Origin: Mayamaea pseudoterrestris
Lineage: Eukaryota
Assembly (NCBI GenBank): GCA_027923505.1
Contig: BROI01000009.1
Location: 1-64,000, forward strand
Length of the DNA: 64,000 nucleotides
Direction of reading: 5' to 3'
Under the pieces are notes generated by a model. It was not told where the DNA came from. It searched no databases and saw only the letters and a program-made list of their open reading frames with translations. This document shows positions 48,101 to 60,456 of the stretch, piece by piece; positions within the stretch are counted from its first letter, which is position 1; each line of letters begins with the position of its first letter. Both the position numbers and the translations under genes were made by a program.

Positions 48101-50090
48101 CAGGCTCCAGAGTGCGCCGACCCTTTGCCTTGCGCTTGTTTCTGCTTTTAGAGGTGCGCCGACTCTTTGCCTTGCGCTTGTTTCTGCTTTTAGAGTGCTC
48201 GTTGTCGGAAAAATCAATTTCATCCTGCTCCTTTCCATTCTCGTTATCATCATCTTCTTCTTCTTCTTCTTCTTCGTCGATTTCTCCCCCATTGTTGCCA
48301 TCCAGATCCATGTCGACAAGGCCGGGACGTGTCGCAGTTGCAATCTCACAATCCATTTCTGGAAGAGTGTAAGAGCAGCCTTGATACTTTGGGTCGGGCC
48401 CTCCTTCCGAACGATTAAACGTATGGAAGACAAAGCCGATACGCTCAAGACGCTCCAAATGGTCCGGTCGCATTTCGTAGTTATAGTACGAGTTCCGCTG
48501 ATGACTGTCAACGTAATGAAGTAAACGAGTTTGTTCGAAAATTAACCATGCAATGTAAGTTTGCTGATTCGTTTATTCACAAGCAAGCAAACTCATGTTC
48601 ACTTACGAAACCCAAAAAGCCAATTGCTGAACACTGGGGTCCGTTGTTTGCGCCTCGAAGAATTGCATATTTCCGAACTGACGCATGTAGGCAAGAAGAC
48701 GAGTCAACATTGCATCCCACTCTGCGTCGGGCTCCAACACAACCTGACCTTTTACTTGGTTGTCAACATCGCCGGTGCGTTCGGTCGCCGGCGCCTCTGC
48801 GCCGCCAGGCAGTGAAGTCGTTTGACTCGCCGACAATGTTGCATCCCTCACCTGCAGCTGCTCGCCTTCCGTTTCCTTTGCATCTTCCATCCCTTCATCC
48901 ACTACAACATTGCCATGACTCGCAGTAGCGATGGCGTCCGCTGGCGAGTGTTTCAAACCACGTTGCTGAGCAGGGCAATCATCCTTCTGGCCAAGTTGTT
49001 CGTGATGATTTGCATCGTCAGCCTCAAGCTCGCCTAGTAAATCCTTCTTCTCGTCCACGCTATCTTCCAGGTCGGGATTGTGACTCACAAAGGCTGTCGC
49101 TGTCGCTGGCGCATCTTTGCAATCGAGTGGCGGAGCCATGGGAACCATCTTTTGGTCAAGTGGATTGAAAGCATTCGCATCCGCGTCTCCATCTTCATGC
49201 GCAGCCGCAGCCGCATCGGCATTCTGCTGCTCGCGTACAGCTCCCTTTTCCTCATCCGTGTCATCCTCCATAACAAAACTGTTCTGACTCGCAGTAGCTG
49301 AATTTTCGGCTGACTCATCGCTCCATTCCGCCTCCGGAATGATGCGACTAGAGGTTTGGGCAGGAGGATCGCAGCTGTTCGCATCATCCGCCTCCACTGG
49401 CTCTTCATTTGCTTCCTCCTTCGATTCATTGTCTTCATCCGTTCCGCCAATGTCTTGAGTCGCAAAGACTGCAGATTCCGCTGGCGCATCGTTCAATGTA
49501 GCTTGCGGAATGGTATACTCGTAATTTTGATAAGCTGGGTTGCATCCACCGCAAATGCTAGCCCCAAAATCGAAGGCAATGCTCTCCAAACGCGCCAAGT
49601 GATCGGGTCGCATCATGTGATTGCGATAGTTGCCACGTTGTCGCCTGCAGTAGCAGAAGAATACAGTATAATCGAATGAGAATGCGACGAGAGTGAACAT
49701 GAACAAAAGAACATGCGCTTGCTTGACTTACTGCACCCAGTATACCAGCTTTTTCCCTCCGTCTGGTCCTACATTCCGCATATTCACCCGAGTATCATTG
49801 TTATTGCAACGCATGTGTTCGAGTAGCATATCAAACATGGCGTCCCAATTGGAACAAGGCTTGAGAATGTATCGCTTGATCTTCTCCTTGGCCATGCCAT
49901 CGCCGCTACTTGCAGCTGAATCTTTGTCGGAGGCTCCTTTTTCGCGCTTTGACTGCTTCTTTGCAATTTTTGTTGGACGAGTCAATGAGTGACTGTGAGT
50001 GCTCGAGCTACGCCGCTTCGTTTCCTGCTTCCTGGACGACCGACGCGTGGTCGGTGAGGATTTCGTCAATGAATCCTCGTCGCCTTCCAT
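45152..50090 (-). CDS. Gene B: about five HA domains, bromodomain-like and PWWP-like domains; six exons; paralog of gene A
   Basis: Introns 49645-49731, 48505-48606, 47919-47994, 47368-47468 and 46289-46367 restore one frame; DPIDMDLVLQRIEDRDY...KVYN; PFYPSLCLG...LVEYLGTHQFGWL. Confidence 0.8.
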
Positions 50091-51130
50091 GCTGCTCTGC
50101 GCCTTTCAAATTGCACTTTTGAATCTGCAACTAGATGCTCTTAATTACGATTATGACTGCAGCTTGCTTTCAACTCGAACAATGGTTACAAATAGGATGG
50201 ATCTTGCCATGTTCTTTCAAAAATTTTGCGCGATCGAACGGCGGCGGAAGATCCGCCGCGCCGTCGCGGTTCACGCTGGCAGCTCGGTCTTGGTGCGACA
50301 TCAGTCACACTACGACTTTGATTTTGACGCTCATGCGACGATTCGTGCAATACGATATACGGAGCAATCAATTCATCATCGCCTACGTGTTGGCTACAGC
50401 ATTGTATTGTACAAGATGTCAGCATTACTACAAAGCTTTGAACCTGGCCACTATGCCAAATCGTGAGGGGAAAGAAAGATTAAAAAGGACAGCAGCGCCA
50501 TGGAGAGGGCAGGCGCGTCGATCATTACCGGTGCGAGAAGCACGACGATTCCGGTAGGACATTCCCATTTCGAGGCACGACCTGTGAATCGTGCCAAACA
50601 ATTCTCCGTGTAAAGTTGCTTCGGGAACTGGCGTATGTTACCAGTGAAAATGGACAAGAAGCAAGACAATGAAGGAGGGTATAGAATCCTTGAATGTAAT
50701 ATTGTTGAAGTGTATATATGTTCGCAAGTACGAGCATGTTGCATGTGCCAAGATTGATTGATGGATGATGGATGATGGTTTTGATGATGGATGATGCACT
50801 TTGCAGGTGATCGAGGAAAGCTGGCCCAAAGATGGCCATCTGGCATGACGACACTGGAACGTTTGATCAAACATGCCGATGGAAAGTGACCAGCTGATCC
50901 GTGACTCCATGACGCTGCTTCGCGAAAGTGTGACTGGTTTTAGTGGATCAAGCGATGGAAACAAGTTTATCGCATCGCGCGGAACGCTGTCCTCGACATG
51001 GCTGCGCCGCTAGTAGTAAAGACAACTAGTACAAATGAAGTAATATGAAAATGGACTTCTAAATTTTATAAACACTGTATGTTATGCTCTGAATTGTGTG
51101 CGACTCATGCCGGCGTTGATGTGCTCACTT

Positions 51131-51421
51131 TCATGGAACCGTCACGAAATCGACAGTGCATTCTGTGGTTGAGCTTGCATTCGATCCTGTTTCTGCAATG
51201 TCCATGTCTTGACTGATGAGACGCCGTGGTAGCCTTGGTGGCGAGTCACACTTGTTTTCGTCAATGGACCGACGAGGCAGGCGAGGTTGGCAGTCTCTTG
51301 GCGCAAAGTCGTCCGACGGAGCATAAAAGCTGCTGCTGTTGTGACGAAGGAGGTGAAAGTCTTGAGAGCAGTTCATGTCTTCTTCTTGAGCGATAGTGAT
51401 GATCATGCCAATGCAACACAT
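51131..51421 (-). CDS. Small hypothetical protein with a twice-repeated PRLPRR motif
   Basis: 96-aa ORF containing CQPRLPRRS and DSPPRLPRRLISQD; start uncertain. Confidence 0.5.
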   Translation of the reverse strand: MCCIGMIITIAQEEDMNCSQDFHLLRHNSSSFYAPSDDFAPRDCQPRLPRRSIDENKCDSPPRLPRRLISQDMDIAETGSNASSTTECTVDFVTVP

Positions 51422-52187
51422 GATGAGAAAGTTGAGAATTGAATGAGGTAGTCGAGTGAGATGATTTGAGTTTTATGGCAAGATGGTCGGTTTGCAAGCT
51501 CGACAAACACTGGCGGCACTTCAAGTTCTTTCTTCGGATTCAGCGTTCGCGGAGAATCGTTTGTACGGTGAAGAGGTCGTTATCAAAATTAGGCTTCTCC
51601 GCGCCTGGAGTCACTGTTTAATCAAGTTCAAGAGCTTTACTTATGTGAAAATAGCTTGGAACAAGAACATCCTTGAACTCTGGCGTCAATAATGCGGGCT
51701 CGGATCGGCATTTCCAAGGGCGCTGCCGAACGTGATGCCAGATGAGGGAAGTCGATTGAAGAGACTCTTCGGGCGTGACCTAGTTATTCCGAAATTGAGG
51801 GTCACAAAGGAGTCACTGTTCGGAGTACAAAAAATGATCGAGGCTATTTTCGCAAGTGACTGGTGAATCTATTGCCCCCACGTGTTCGCCTCTTGCCCGG
51901 CCAGTACTCAAGTACGTTATAGTAAAACGTACTTTTGTGTTTGGCGATGTTCCTTGCTTTGATTTGTTTTCTTGACCAGTCAACGTAAACTTGCTATCAA
52001 AACATGTGTTCTTGTACAGTAGATGTATAAACTATTGGCCGGCGTAAATTTACTTGTTGCACCCTTCCTTCGGCCAGAATACTCTGAGTAATCTGGTCGA
52101 CTCAAGAGCTTCACGCCCAAAGTGTTACTCGAGGGAAATTGCTGACATCTAAGCAGCTCACTACAAACTACGATTCCAAATGCTCCT

Positions 52188-55100
52188 CTATAGTCCTAGT
52201 CGACCCATTTTCCGCTTGGGCATGAAGCGAGGTGTAGCGTTGGCGGAACGACCAGGAGTTGCGATTCGTTGTCGATGGGCGGCATATGCTGGGCGAGCTG
52301 TCTTGTCGCTCAATTCCTCCTCTTCTTCCCGCTCCGCCTTGGCAACCATCTCTTGCTCCATGACGGCCTTATTCTGCCGCTCTTTTACTCGCCGCTGTAA
52401 TGTTGCTTCGAACGACTCCTTTACACTAAAGAACATCGGACCGGCTTCCGCGAGCCATTCACCATCGACAGCAGTCACACAAGACATGTACTCTTTGCTG
52501 GTTGAAATCAGTTCGTGATAGCAAACGTAGTCGGGCGTGTACCCAAGGCCATATAGCGAGCTGCTCGGGTGCAATGAGGCAGGAATACCTGTCAGCAAGT
52601 TAATGTATTCGCCAATTCCCTTGATTTTGGAGCTGTTGTAAAAGTAAGCAGCACAAATCGACTTGCGAATTACATCCCAGGAACCGCCAGTCGATTTAAG
52701 TTCAAGTCGGTGCTGCTTCATCAAGTCGAGCAATTGTGCGTGGACTTCACGAGCCTTGCGAATGCCTTTCGAATGGATAAAATGGCGAGCGCACCACTGT
52801 GCGTCAAAGCGATACTGCTTGGCGCGTTGGTAAACGTTGAGGAGCGTCAAATGATCCGACTCGGGAACAAAAAACTTTTCGCGAGCAGCGTCACTTTCCT
52901 CAGCTCGATCGTTCGGCCGAAAAAAGACACTAGGGACAGAAAGCATGCTTACAATGATCAACGCTTCGGCCGAGCAGCCGCATACATCATGTGCGTATAG
53001 GAGCATCTTGCTGAGTGGAGGATCCAGCGGAAAATCGGCCATGCGCTTGCCCGTCACAGTTAAATCGCCAGTGTTGTCAAGAGCCCCGAGGATCCAGAGC
53101 TGATACAGCGAGTTTTGGATATTTTCCTGTGGTGGTGGGTCCATGAAATCAAACTCGATCAAGTTCTTAACGCCCAACGACTTGAGCAGCAAGACAACGT
53201 TACTCAAGTTAGTTCGTTGTATCTCTGGTACAGAATTTTCCATTAGCTCTTCGCGAAACTGGCGATCCGTGTATAGCCGAAAGCAGTAGCCTTTGCCCGT
53301 TCGTCCAGCACGACCGCTTCGTTGGTTCGCGTTGGCCTTGCTAATCGGAGTCACGAGGAGCGCATCCATGCCAATCTTTGGGTTATAAACCTTCAGCTTG
53401 CAGTAACCAGCATCAATGACATATTTAATGCCGTCAACCGTCAAACTAGTTTCTGCCACGTTGGTAGAGACAATGCACTTGCGCGTACCTGCTTCGGCAG
53501 CATCAAAAATCTTGGATTGCAAATCCGCCGGCAGCTGACTGTACATTGGTAGGACAAGCAACGGAGCCGCATCACCACCAATCTTCTCCATTTTGTCGGC
53601 CAGAACCTGGCAAGTACCATCGATATCTTCCTGTCCAGTCATGAAGATCAAAATATCGCCAGCTGGCGAATTGAAATGAATTTGTAACGCTTGCTTGACG
53701 GCCGCCATGACATAATCCTCCTGCACCGATTTGGCAAAGTAGGTTTCAACCGGAAACGTCCGACCCGGAATATGGAACACAGGAACACCACCAAAGTAGC
53801 TGCTAAACAATTCCGCATTCAAGGTAGCACTCGTCACGATGAGCTTCAGGTCCGAACGCCGCGTGATGACCTTGCGAAGCACACCAAACAAAACATCTGT
53901 ATTTAAACTCCGTTCATGCGCTTCGTCCATGATGATTGCCGTGTACTTATTTAAATCTGGATCGTTCAAGCTTTCGCGCAACAGTACACCGTCCGTCATG
54001 TACTTGATCAATGTATGATCGGTTGTGCAGTCCTCGAAGCGAATGGCGTAACCCACCGTCCCGCCAAGGTCATACTTTTCCGTTAAAGCTTCGCCTTTGG
54101 CCTCGACGCTAGCGGCCACTTCTTCACTGACTCGCTTGGCGACGCTCATTGCCGCAACGCGACGAGGCTGCGTGCAACCAACAATTCCAAAGTCGCAGTA
54201 GCCTTCCTCCATGAGGTACTGGGTCAGTTGCGTTGTCTATTGCAACGAAGGGAACAAGAGCGCGTGAGCGTGCATGTTCAAATCCACGACGACCGGTAAC
54301 AACAGCAATGTCCGACGTACCTTTCCAGATCCAGTTTCACCAACAATCACCACTACATTATTTTCGCGAATCACTTGAAGGAGCTCCTCGCGAACCGAGT
54401 AGACTGGTAGAAACTCTCGCTGCTGCTGCATCGTCTTGCTCTTGCTAAAAGCTGAAACCTTTTGCTCCTGGCCGTCCTCCTTTTTTCGTTTCAAATGAGC
54501 CGCGTAACCCGACGACTTTTTGTAGTCGACTTCGCCATCACCATTTGCATCATCGTTACCGTCATTTGCACCAGTCGTTTCCTCCTTGCCACTGGCACCG
54601 TCTTCTGCACCATCACCACCATCACCACCATTGTTCTTTCCCATGACGGCTTGTCCCATGCGCGTGCCACCCAACTCCCAAAACTTTTGTCGCATGGCAG
54701 TCTTGTCGCGATTCTCCCGCAGCAGTTGCAAGGTCGCCGACCCTTGTCTTGCCATTTTGCTAAAGTCGCTACTCGCATCCTTGACGGTTGGCACTGCCTG
54801 CGTTTGCTTGCTAAAGGAAACGCGCCCATCCAAGAATGGTGGTTTCACGTGATGCACAATGAGCGTGGTGCGTGACACGTTGGCGTCGTCGGCGTCGTCG
54901 AGCGAAAACTTGGTGCGCATCGAGGTGGCACCGGCACTCGCCAAGCGGTTGGCTTCCCACTTGTTTTGGTCGTCCTGCATGGCGCTGGCGCGCGCACTCA
55001 AGTGTGCGGGTTGCTGTTGCTGCTGGCGCTGCTGCATTTCGTCTTGTCGCGCTTGAATCTTGCGATTGGTGAATAGAAAGCGTCCCAAATTGTGCTCGTC

Positions 55101-56084
55101 GTCGTTGCCGGCCGAAGTGTCGTTATCAAGCAAGTAGTGTCCGTCATCGTCTTGGTTCAAGTAAAAGTCTCTGTCAAAGGCTTCGTCCTGTTCCTCGTTT
55201 TGAGCGAGTGCTGCATCTGGATCATTTGGAGCATTTGGAGCTGGCGTTTCCACTTCCCAGTCGTCATGATGATTGTTGTTGTTATTGCGACGAGTGCTGC
55301 TGCTGCCGCTGAACTGGTTTCGCATGTAGGAATTTGCTCCTGCAGTCGATGATGCTGACGCTGTCACTACAGATCGATTCGAGTAGTCTCGTGGTGTTTG
55401 CGCATGTATGTTTCGCGAGGCTGGCGGAGGCATGCTGCTGCTGTTGCTGTGAGCATTGGCGTTTCCTCGTGCTTGACTGATATTGCCGTTCTGAATGTTT
55501 CGATAAAAGTCGCGCCTTCGGTCGTCCGTATCGTAGTGCTGCTGCTGCTGCTGCTGCTGTGACGGACGACTGCTACTACTGCTTCTGCCGTAATGCTGAT
55601 TGTTGTTATTGCTGCTGTTTCGTGAATATTGCTGTTGCTGTTGACTGTGATTGTTGTTGCGAGGAGGACGATTCCAATCATCTTGCTGCTGATTCCTTCC
55701 ATGCTCATCATTTGTACGCTGCCTTGCTATTCCATCATCTTCTTCATCTTGTTGCTCACTTTGATTACGCCTTCGTTTCCGAAAAGAGTCGTAGTCTCGT
55801 TGCTGTCGCTCTCGCTTGGCGTGCAAGGTTCGACTCGTTTCGTCTTGCTGCATGGGAGTTTCGTTTCCAGGTTTGCGATAGTTTCTTTGACCCTTATGGT
55901 TCCTTTCGTCGTCATTGCCATGCGCTCCTCGTGCAGACTGCTTGGACTGCACGTGAACGAGACCCCCTTGACCGCTCTGCGGCAGAAGCGAAACGAGTCG
56001 ATGCAAATTGTTGTTGCTGCTGCTAGTATTGCTCTCGTCTTGATTGTCGGAATTATTATTATTACTATTGGACGACATTATCAT
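52188..56084 (-). CDS. PRP16: Pre-mRNA splicing DEAH helicase PRP16/DHX38 (intron 54237-54320)
   Basis: [48 protein letters not shown]16-type segments VKPPFLDGR and [15 protein letters not shown]. Confidence 0.93.
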
Positions 56085-56436
56085 GCAGTAAACGTATGTA
56101 TTCGAGATGCAGTGAATGAATGTTTCAAATGGCTTGAAGAATGGGACTATGCGACGCAAATCCCATGGTCGCGAGGCCGCGCGCCGCGATCAGCGTCCTA
56201 ACGGTACTTACTCGAAAAGAGAACCACTACGACGTGCTACCCCGCCACCGCGCGATCGCTCGATGGCATCTGCAGCGTCACCATGGTGCGACGAGGCGCA
56301 AATCGTCAATTCAAGCGTAACAAAAACGAGTTTGGTCTCGCATTCAGTCGAGTTTAATCATATTTTTGAATTAGTTACAATCATCAAAGAATTGTGGCAG
56401 CAGCAGCAGCAGCAGCAGCCAAAGCAGCATACCACA

Positions 56437-58389
56437 ATGTCCTCGGACTTGCTGACCAACAAGCCATCACATCGGCGCAAACGAGCTTCGTCTGGCGAAC
56501 ACAATCAGCAAGACTCGACTCTCAACCAAAATAGCTTTGACAATGATCACGATGAGGATGAATCCAAGACGAGGCGTCATCACGGAGTATCGCTGTGGAG
56601 TAGGTTTCGCAATCAACTGTTTGCGAGCAGCGCTTCATCGCGACGTAAACTATCGTCGCTTCTTCCAATCACAAGTTCAAATACAAATACAAATACGAAC
56701 CAATCACTGAAACCACTGCCCGTCGCAAACTCTTATCTATTTGGCGGCGCCTACTATCCAAGCAAGCATCATCGACGAAAACTACACAAGACGCATTGGA
56801 TGACGCGCTACTTGGTTCACTACGCCAGATTGTGCTGCCTTCCACTACTACTGCTACTCTTTCTGGTATACTACAATACTGCCAACTCGCGAAAGTCATC
56901 ATCTTCTTCCTCCAATTGGTTCTTACGAAATCGCAAACACCAGCCGCAAGTACCATCCATACCGCTTCCGTCACTGGCGGAGGACCGCCAACAATTCCAA
57001 GCTTTGGCCAAGGAGCGACTCAAGCTGGCACCTGCATATCAAGCGAAACGCAACGAAATATTGCAGCGCATTGTTCCAGATTGGGTGCATCGCAATGATG
57101 TAAAAATAAAAGTGGATGAAGTTGTAACAACGAAGGAGGATGTGAAGGAGGAGGAGGATGTGAAAGTGAAAGAAGAAGTGAAAGTGAAGGAAGAAGTGAA
57201 GGACCACCAACCGCCAGCACAACTAAATATCTCGCCCAAGAATGCGACAAGCAATCAACAGCAGCCTCATCCACGCCTTTTACGGACCATACACAATATG
57301 CATGATCCAGTCTTTAGCAATCGAACGGCCTGTCGAGCACCCTCGGAAATCGCTACCACGCTCGTCGTTCAATCCAGCATGGATCGACTATACATATTGC
57401 ATGAAACTTGCCGGCGTTGGAAGGATCCCATAATATTAGTTATCGCTGCTGCTGGAGACGAAACAGAGGAGCAGTTGATTGACATTGACAGTTGGAAGGT
57501 AACTTGTCCGCAAATGACCATGATTATGCATCGACTCGAACATCACAATGACAACAATCAACCGACAATCTATCCCGTCAATCACCTGCGCAACCTTGGT
57601 TTGGAGCAAGTGCAAACGACACACGTTTTGGTGGCGGATGTGGACTTTTTGCCGTCGCTCCGTTTGCATGTCACAATAAAGTCGTCCCTGCAGCAGCAGT
57701 TTGCGTGGGAGCGCGCGCAACAAAATCACAGCACGGCACCCATGGCAATGGTTGTTCCTGCCTTTGAGCGCATTGCCGATTGCTCAACACAAGACTGTCA
57801 GCGGTTGATGCAACAAAATGTATCGTTCGTTCCGGAAACGTTTGAAACGTTGAAACATTGCATTGACGCCAAAGACTGCAGCGTGTTTCAGAGCGGCAAC
57901 AACCGCGACGGACATGGGTCGACGCGGTCGTCCGAGTGGCTTGAAAGGCAGTGGTACGAACATGACGACAGCAACGATAAGGAACCGGCACGTTCGATGC
58001 GGCGGATTCGTTGCTTTGAATCGCTGCGATACGAACCATACGTGGTCATGGAATGGTGCTCGTCGCCATTGACTGGAACTGCATTCCATTCTGAAGTCTA
58101 CTACGACGAACGGTTCCATACATATGGCAAGAACAAGATACAGCATGTTCAGCATTTGCGCCTGCTGGGATATCGCTTCGCAGTGCTCCCGGAAGGCTTT
58201 CTGGTGCATCACCCTCACAAGGATTCGGCCGCCAAGGAAATTTGGAACAATCGCACTGGATCTGATTTACACGCAAGCATGGACGCCTTGTATCCGCAGT
58301 TTCTACATGAGCTAGTGCAGATACTAAAGGAACAGAACCAAACGTCTCACGACATTGTCCAGCAGTGTCGAAAGCACAAGACGAAATAG
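56437..58389 (+). CDS. GT49 (LARGE/B4GAT1-like) type II membrane glycosyltransferase
   Basis: N-terminal transmembrane segment; YPVNHLRN, DVDF, VVPAFE, YEPYVV, YDERFHTYGKNK. Confidence 0.88.
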   Translation: MSSDLLTNKPSHRRKRASSGEHNQQDSTLNQNSFDNDHDEDESKTRRHHGVSLWSRFRNQLFASSASSRRKLSSLLPITSSNTNTNTNQSLKPLPVANSYLFGGAYYPSKHHRRKLHKTHWMTRYLVHYARLCCLPLLLLLFLVYYNTANSRKSSSSSSNWFLRNRKHQPQVPSIPLPSLAEDRQQFQALAKERLKLAPAYQAKRNEILQRIVPDWVHRNDVKIKVDEVVTTKEDVKEEEDVKVKEEVKVKEEVKDHQPPAQLNISPKNATSNQQQPHPRLLRTIHNMHDPVFSNRTACRAPSEIATTLVVQSSMDRLYILHETCRRWKDPIILVIAAAGDETEEQLIDIDSWKVTCPQMTMIMHRLEHHNDNNQPTIYPVNHLRNLGLEQVQTTHVLVADVDFLPSLRLHVTIKSSLQQQFAWERAQQNHSTAPMAMVVPAFERIADCSTQDCQRLMQQNVSFVPETFETLKHCIDAKDCSVFQSGNNRDGHGSTRSSEWLERQWYEHDDSNDKEPARSMRRIRCFESLRYEPYVVMEWCSSPLTGTAFHSEVYYDERFHTYGKNKIQHVQHLRLLGYRFAVLPEGFLVHHPHKDSAAKEIWNNRTGSDLHASMDALYPQFLHELVQILKEQNQTSHDIVQQCRKHKTK

Positions 58390-58460
58390 CTAGTGGTTGG
58401 TAAAAGTAAATTTGTTAAACATGTAAATACACTTATATATTGATTACTACCTTTTCGTTC

Positions 58461-59915
58461 TTACTTGGAAACTTGTCGTCGCTGCTGCGGCGACATGGTC
58501 TGATACTTTGTCAAACTGTCCATGGCCAGTGAAACGACCCAACTGGGAAGGGCTTGGGTCTGCTCGGTTGATGCCGAAATGGTTTCGGACGTTGTAGAGG
58601 CTGCGGAGGCAATCGTCCTTGCAATCTTGGGCAGCGTCAATTGGGCGCGTCGACTGGTTGGTAGCTTTCGTCGCGAGGTAATAGCAGTTGGTCGACCTTG
58701 CTTTATATTAACGGCAATAACCTTGCTGGTATCAATTAAGAGCTTGTTCCTTGGAGGAGTCACAATGGTGCGTCTGGCGCTTTTCCTTCTCCTGCCACCA
58801 CTAGGTACCGACTTAATCGAGCCACTGCATCTTGCTTGCACAAAGCCAATCTCTCGCAACTTGTCGACTCGATCCTGTGGCAGCGCCGGCTTGACGTTTT
58901 GCAAGTAGTTTGCATACAATCGCCGTTGATTGCGCGCCCAGCTAAAGAGGCTGCGGCCGTCATGCGAGTAGCCTTCCGGCAGAATGAAGCTTTGATGCTT
59001 GTCATGAAAGGCTACGAGTCCGTCGAGCATGATGAGCCATCGTTCTTGTTCGGTCCGATGATCCTGTCGCTGGCCGGTTGGGTCTAAGTCAAAGCCAATG
59101 GATAGCAGCCGCTCAGTGCGCCCCTTTGACAGCGCCGGCCGAGCGCCCTTGAGCGCATTTGAGTATTGGGACCGCTGGTGTCTAATCCAATCCAACAGGC
59201 TGCGATTGTCACAAAGATAACCGACTGGGACCGAGTAGTTGCCTGTGCAGAATATGGTTTGTGGAGATGGAACGAGGAGCGATGAGTAACGTGAAGTGCG
59301 AGTATAGCGGCCCCTTCTTTCACCTTCTGCAACTAGTCACATACCTGTAGAGTGCTTGTATTCGACTAGTCCTTCAAACATGGCGACCCATCGCATATCA
59401 TCGTACGCATCGTTGCTTCCCAACACTCCAGTAGGATCAAAGTCGAATCCAATCGACTGCAGCGCCGCGATGCGACTGGTCGAAAGAGCGGGCGACTTTG
59501 ACTTGAGGCCATTCAAGTAGTGCTTGCGATTGTTTCGAATCCATTCATACAAGCTTTGATTATTCCACATGGCAGTCCGAGTCACCTTGAGTGAGCCATT
59601 GTGGAGTCGCTGATGCTCGACGAGACCTTGAAACATGATGAGCCAGCGTCCGTCGCTGGCAGAGGTGGAAGCGGTGATTTGATTGCTACTGATACTGCTG
59701 CTTGGACCATGCATCTCTTCGTCTTGCTGCTTCTCTGTAGTAAGTTTACTGGAAGATGCTGATGATTCGCTAATGCTTTGCCGGAGTAATGGAGGCTGGT
59801 GCTCAAGATCCGTTGGCTTGATCAACATTGATCCCGATGCAGATAAGCCTTGCTGAAGCTGAATGCGTCGCGAGACGGCAAGGAGTCCGTGTACGGCCGA
59901 GGAGGAGTGAAGCAT
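58461..59915 (-). CDS. Protein with three HA domains (intron 59243-59344)
   Basis: Three copies of RW.IM..GLV.....G...V/L......SL..W.R.QR...L..IGF; a GTATGT...CAG intron joins the two ORFs. Confidence 0.82.
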
Positions 59916-60456
59916 GATTTACAATGGTGGATTCCTTGGCTGTTGTGCCAGCAAGATCAATCAACTGTGAATAGATTTTGCGCCTCCAACGCACCAGCGG
60001 TATTTTGCATCGCGGGTGGCTGCCACGCTTGCGAAACGAGAGTTTTCAGCCTTCCTGCGCAGCCAGGGTACGTTTTTGAATGGCCCGTGAACGTAAGGGC
60101 AATAGTAGCAGTGTCACGCAAACTGTGACTGAAAGCCAATGAAAACGACGTATTGTTATCGCTTGATTCACTTGTTTCAGGACGCGTCATCCGTGTCAAT
60201 AATTTTGTGCAATTTGAAAACGAGTACTTTTCATGCCATATTCAATGTCCCACTGAGGATACGATCGTCCAACATAGTCACGCCTACCATTGCCCTTTGC
60301 AAGGTTCAATGAGCCGGCAGCACAACAACCGTGTCAATTTACTCCATCAAGTGTATCATGGCATGTCACGATTAAGAAGCGGACAAACTCGGAGAATGCG
60401 GGGTTATAGCATAGCGCAATGCCAGCTATGGATACAATATGACGCTTGCCACAATC

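Noticed and set aside
48110..48195. Duplicated 42-bp segment encoding SKSRNKRKAK.RRT
   Set aside because: Ordinary in-frame microduplication in a linker of gene B.
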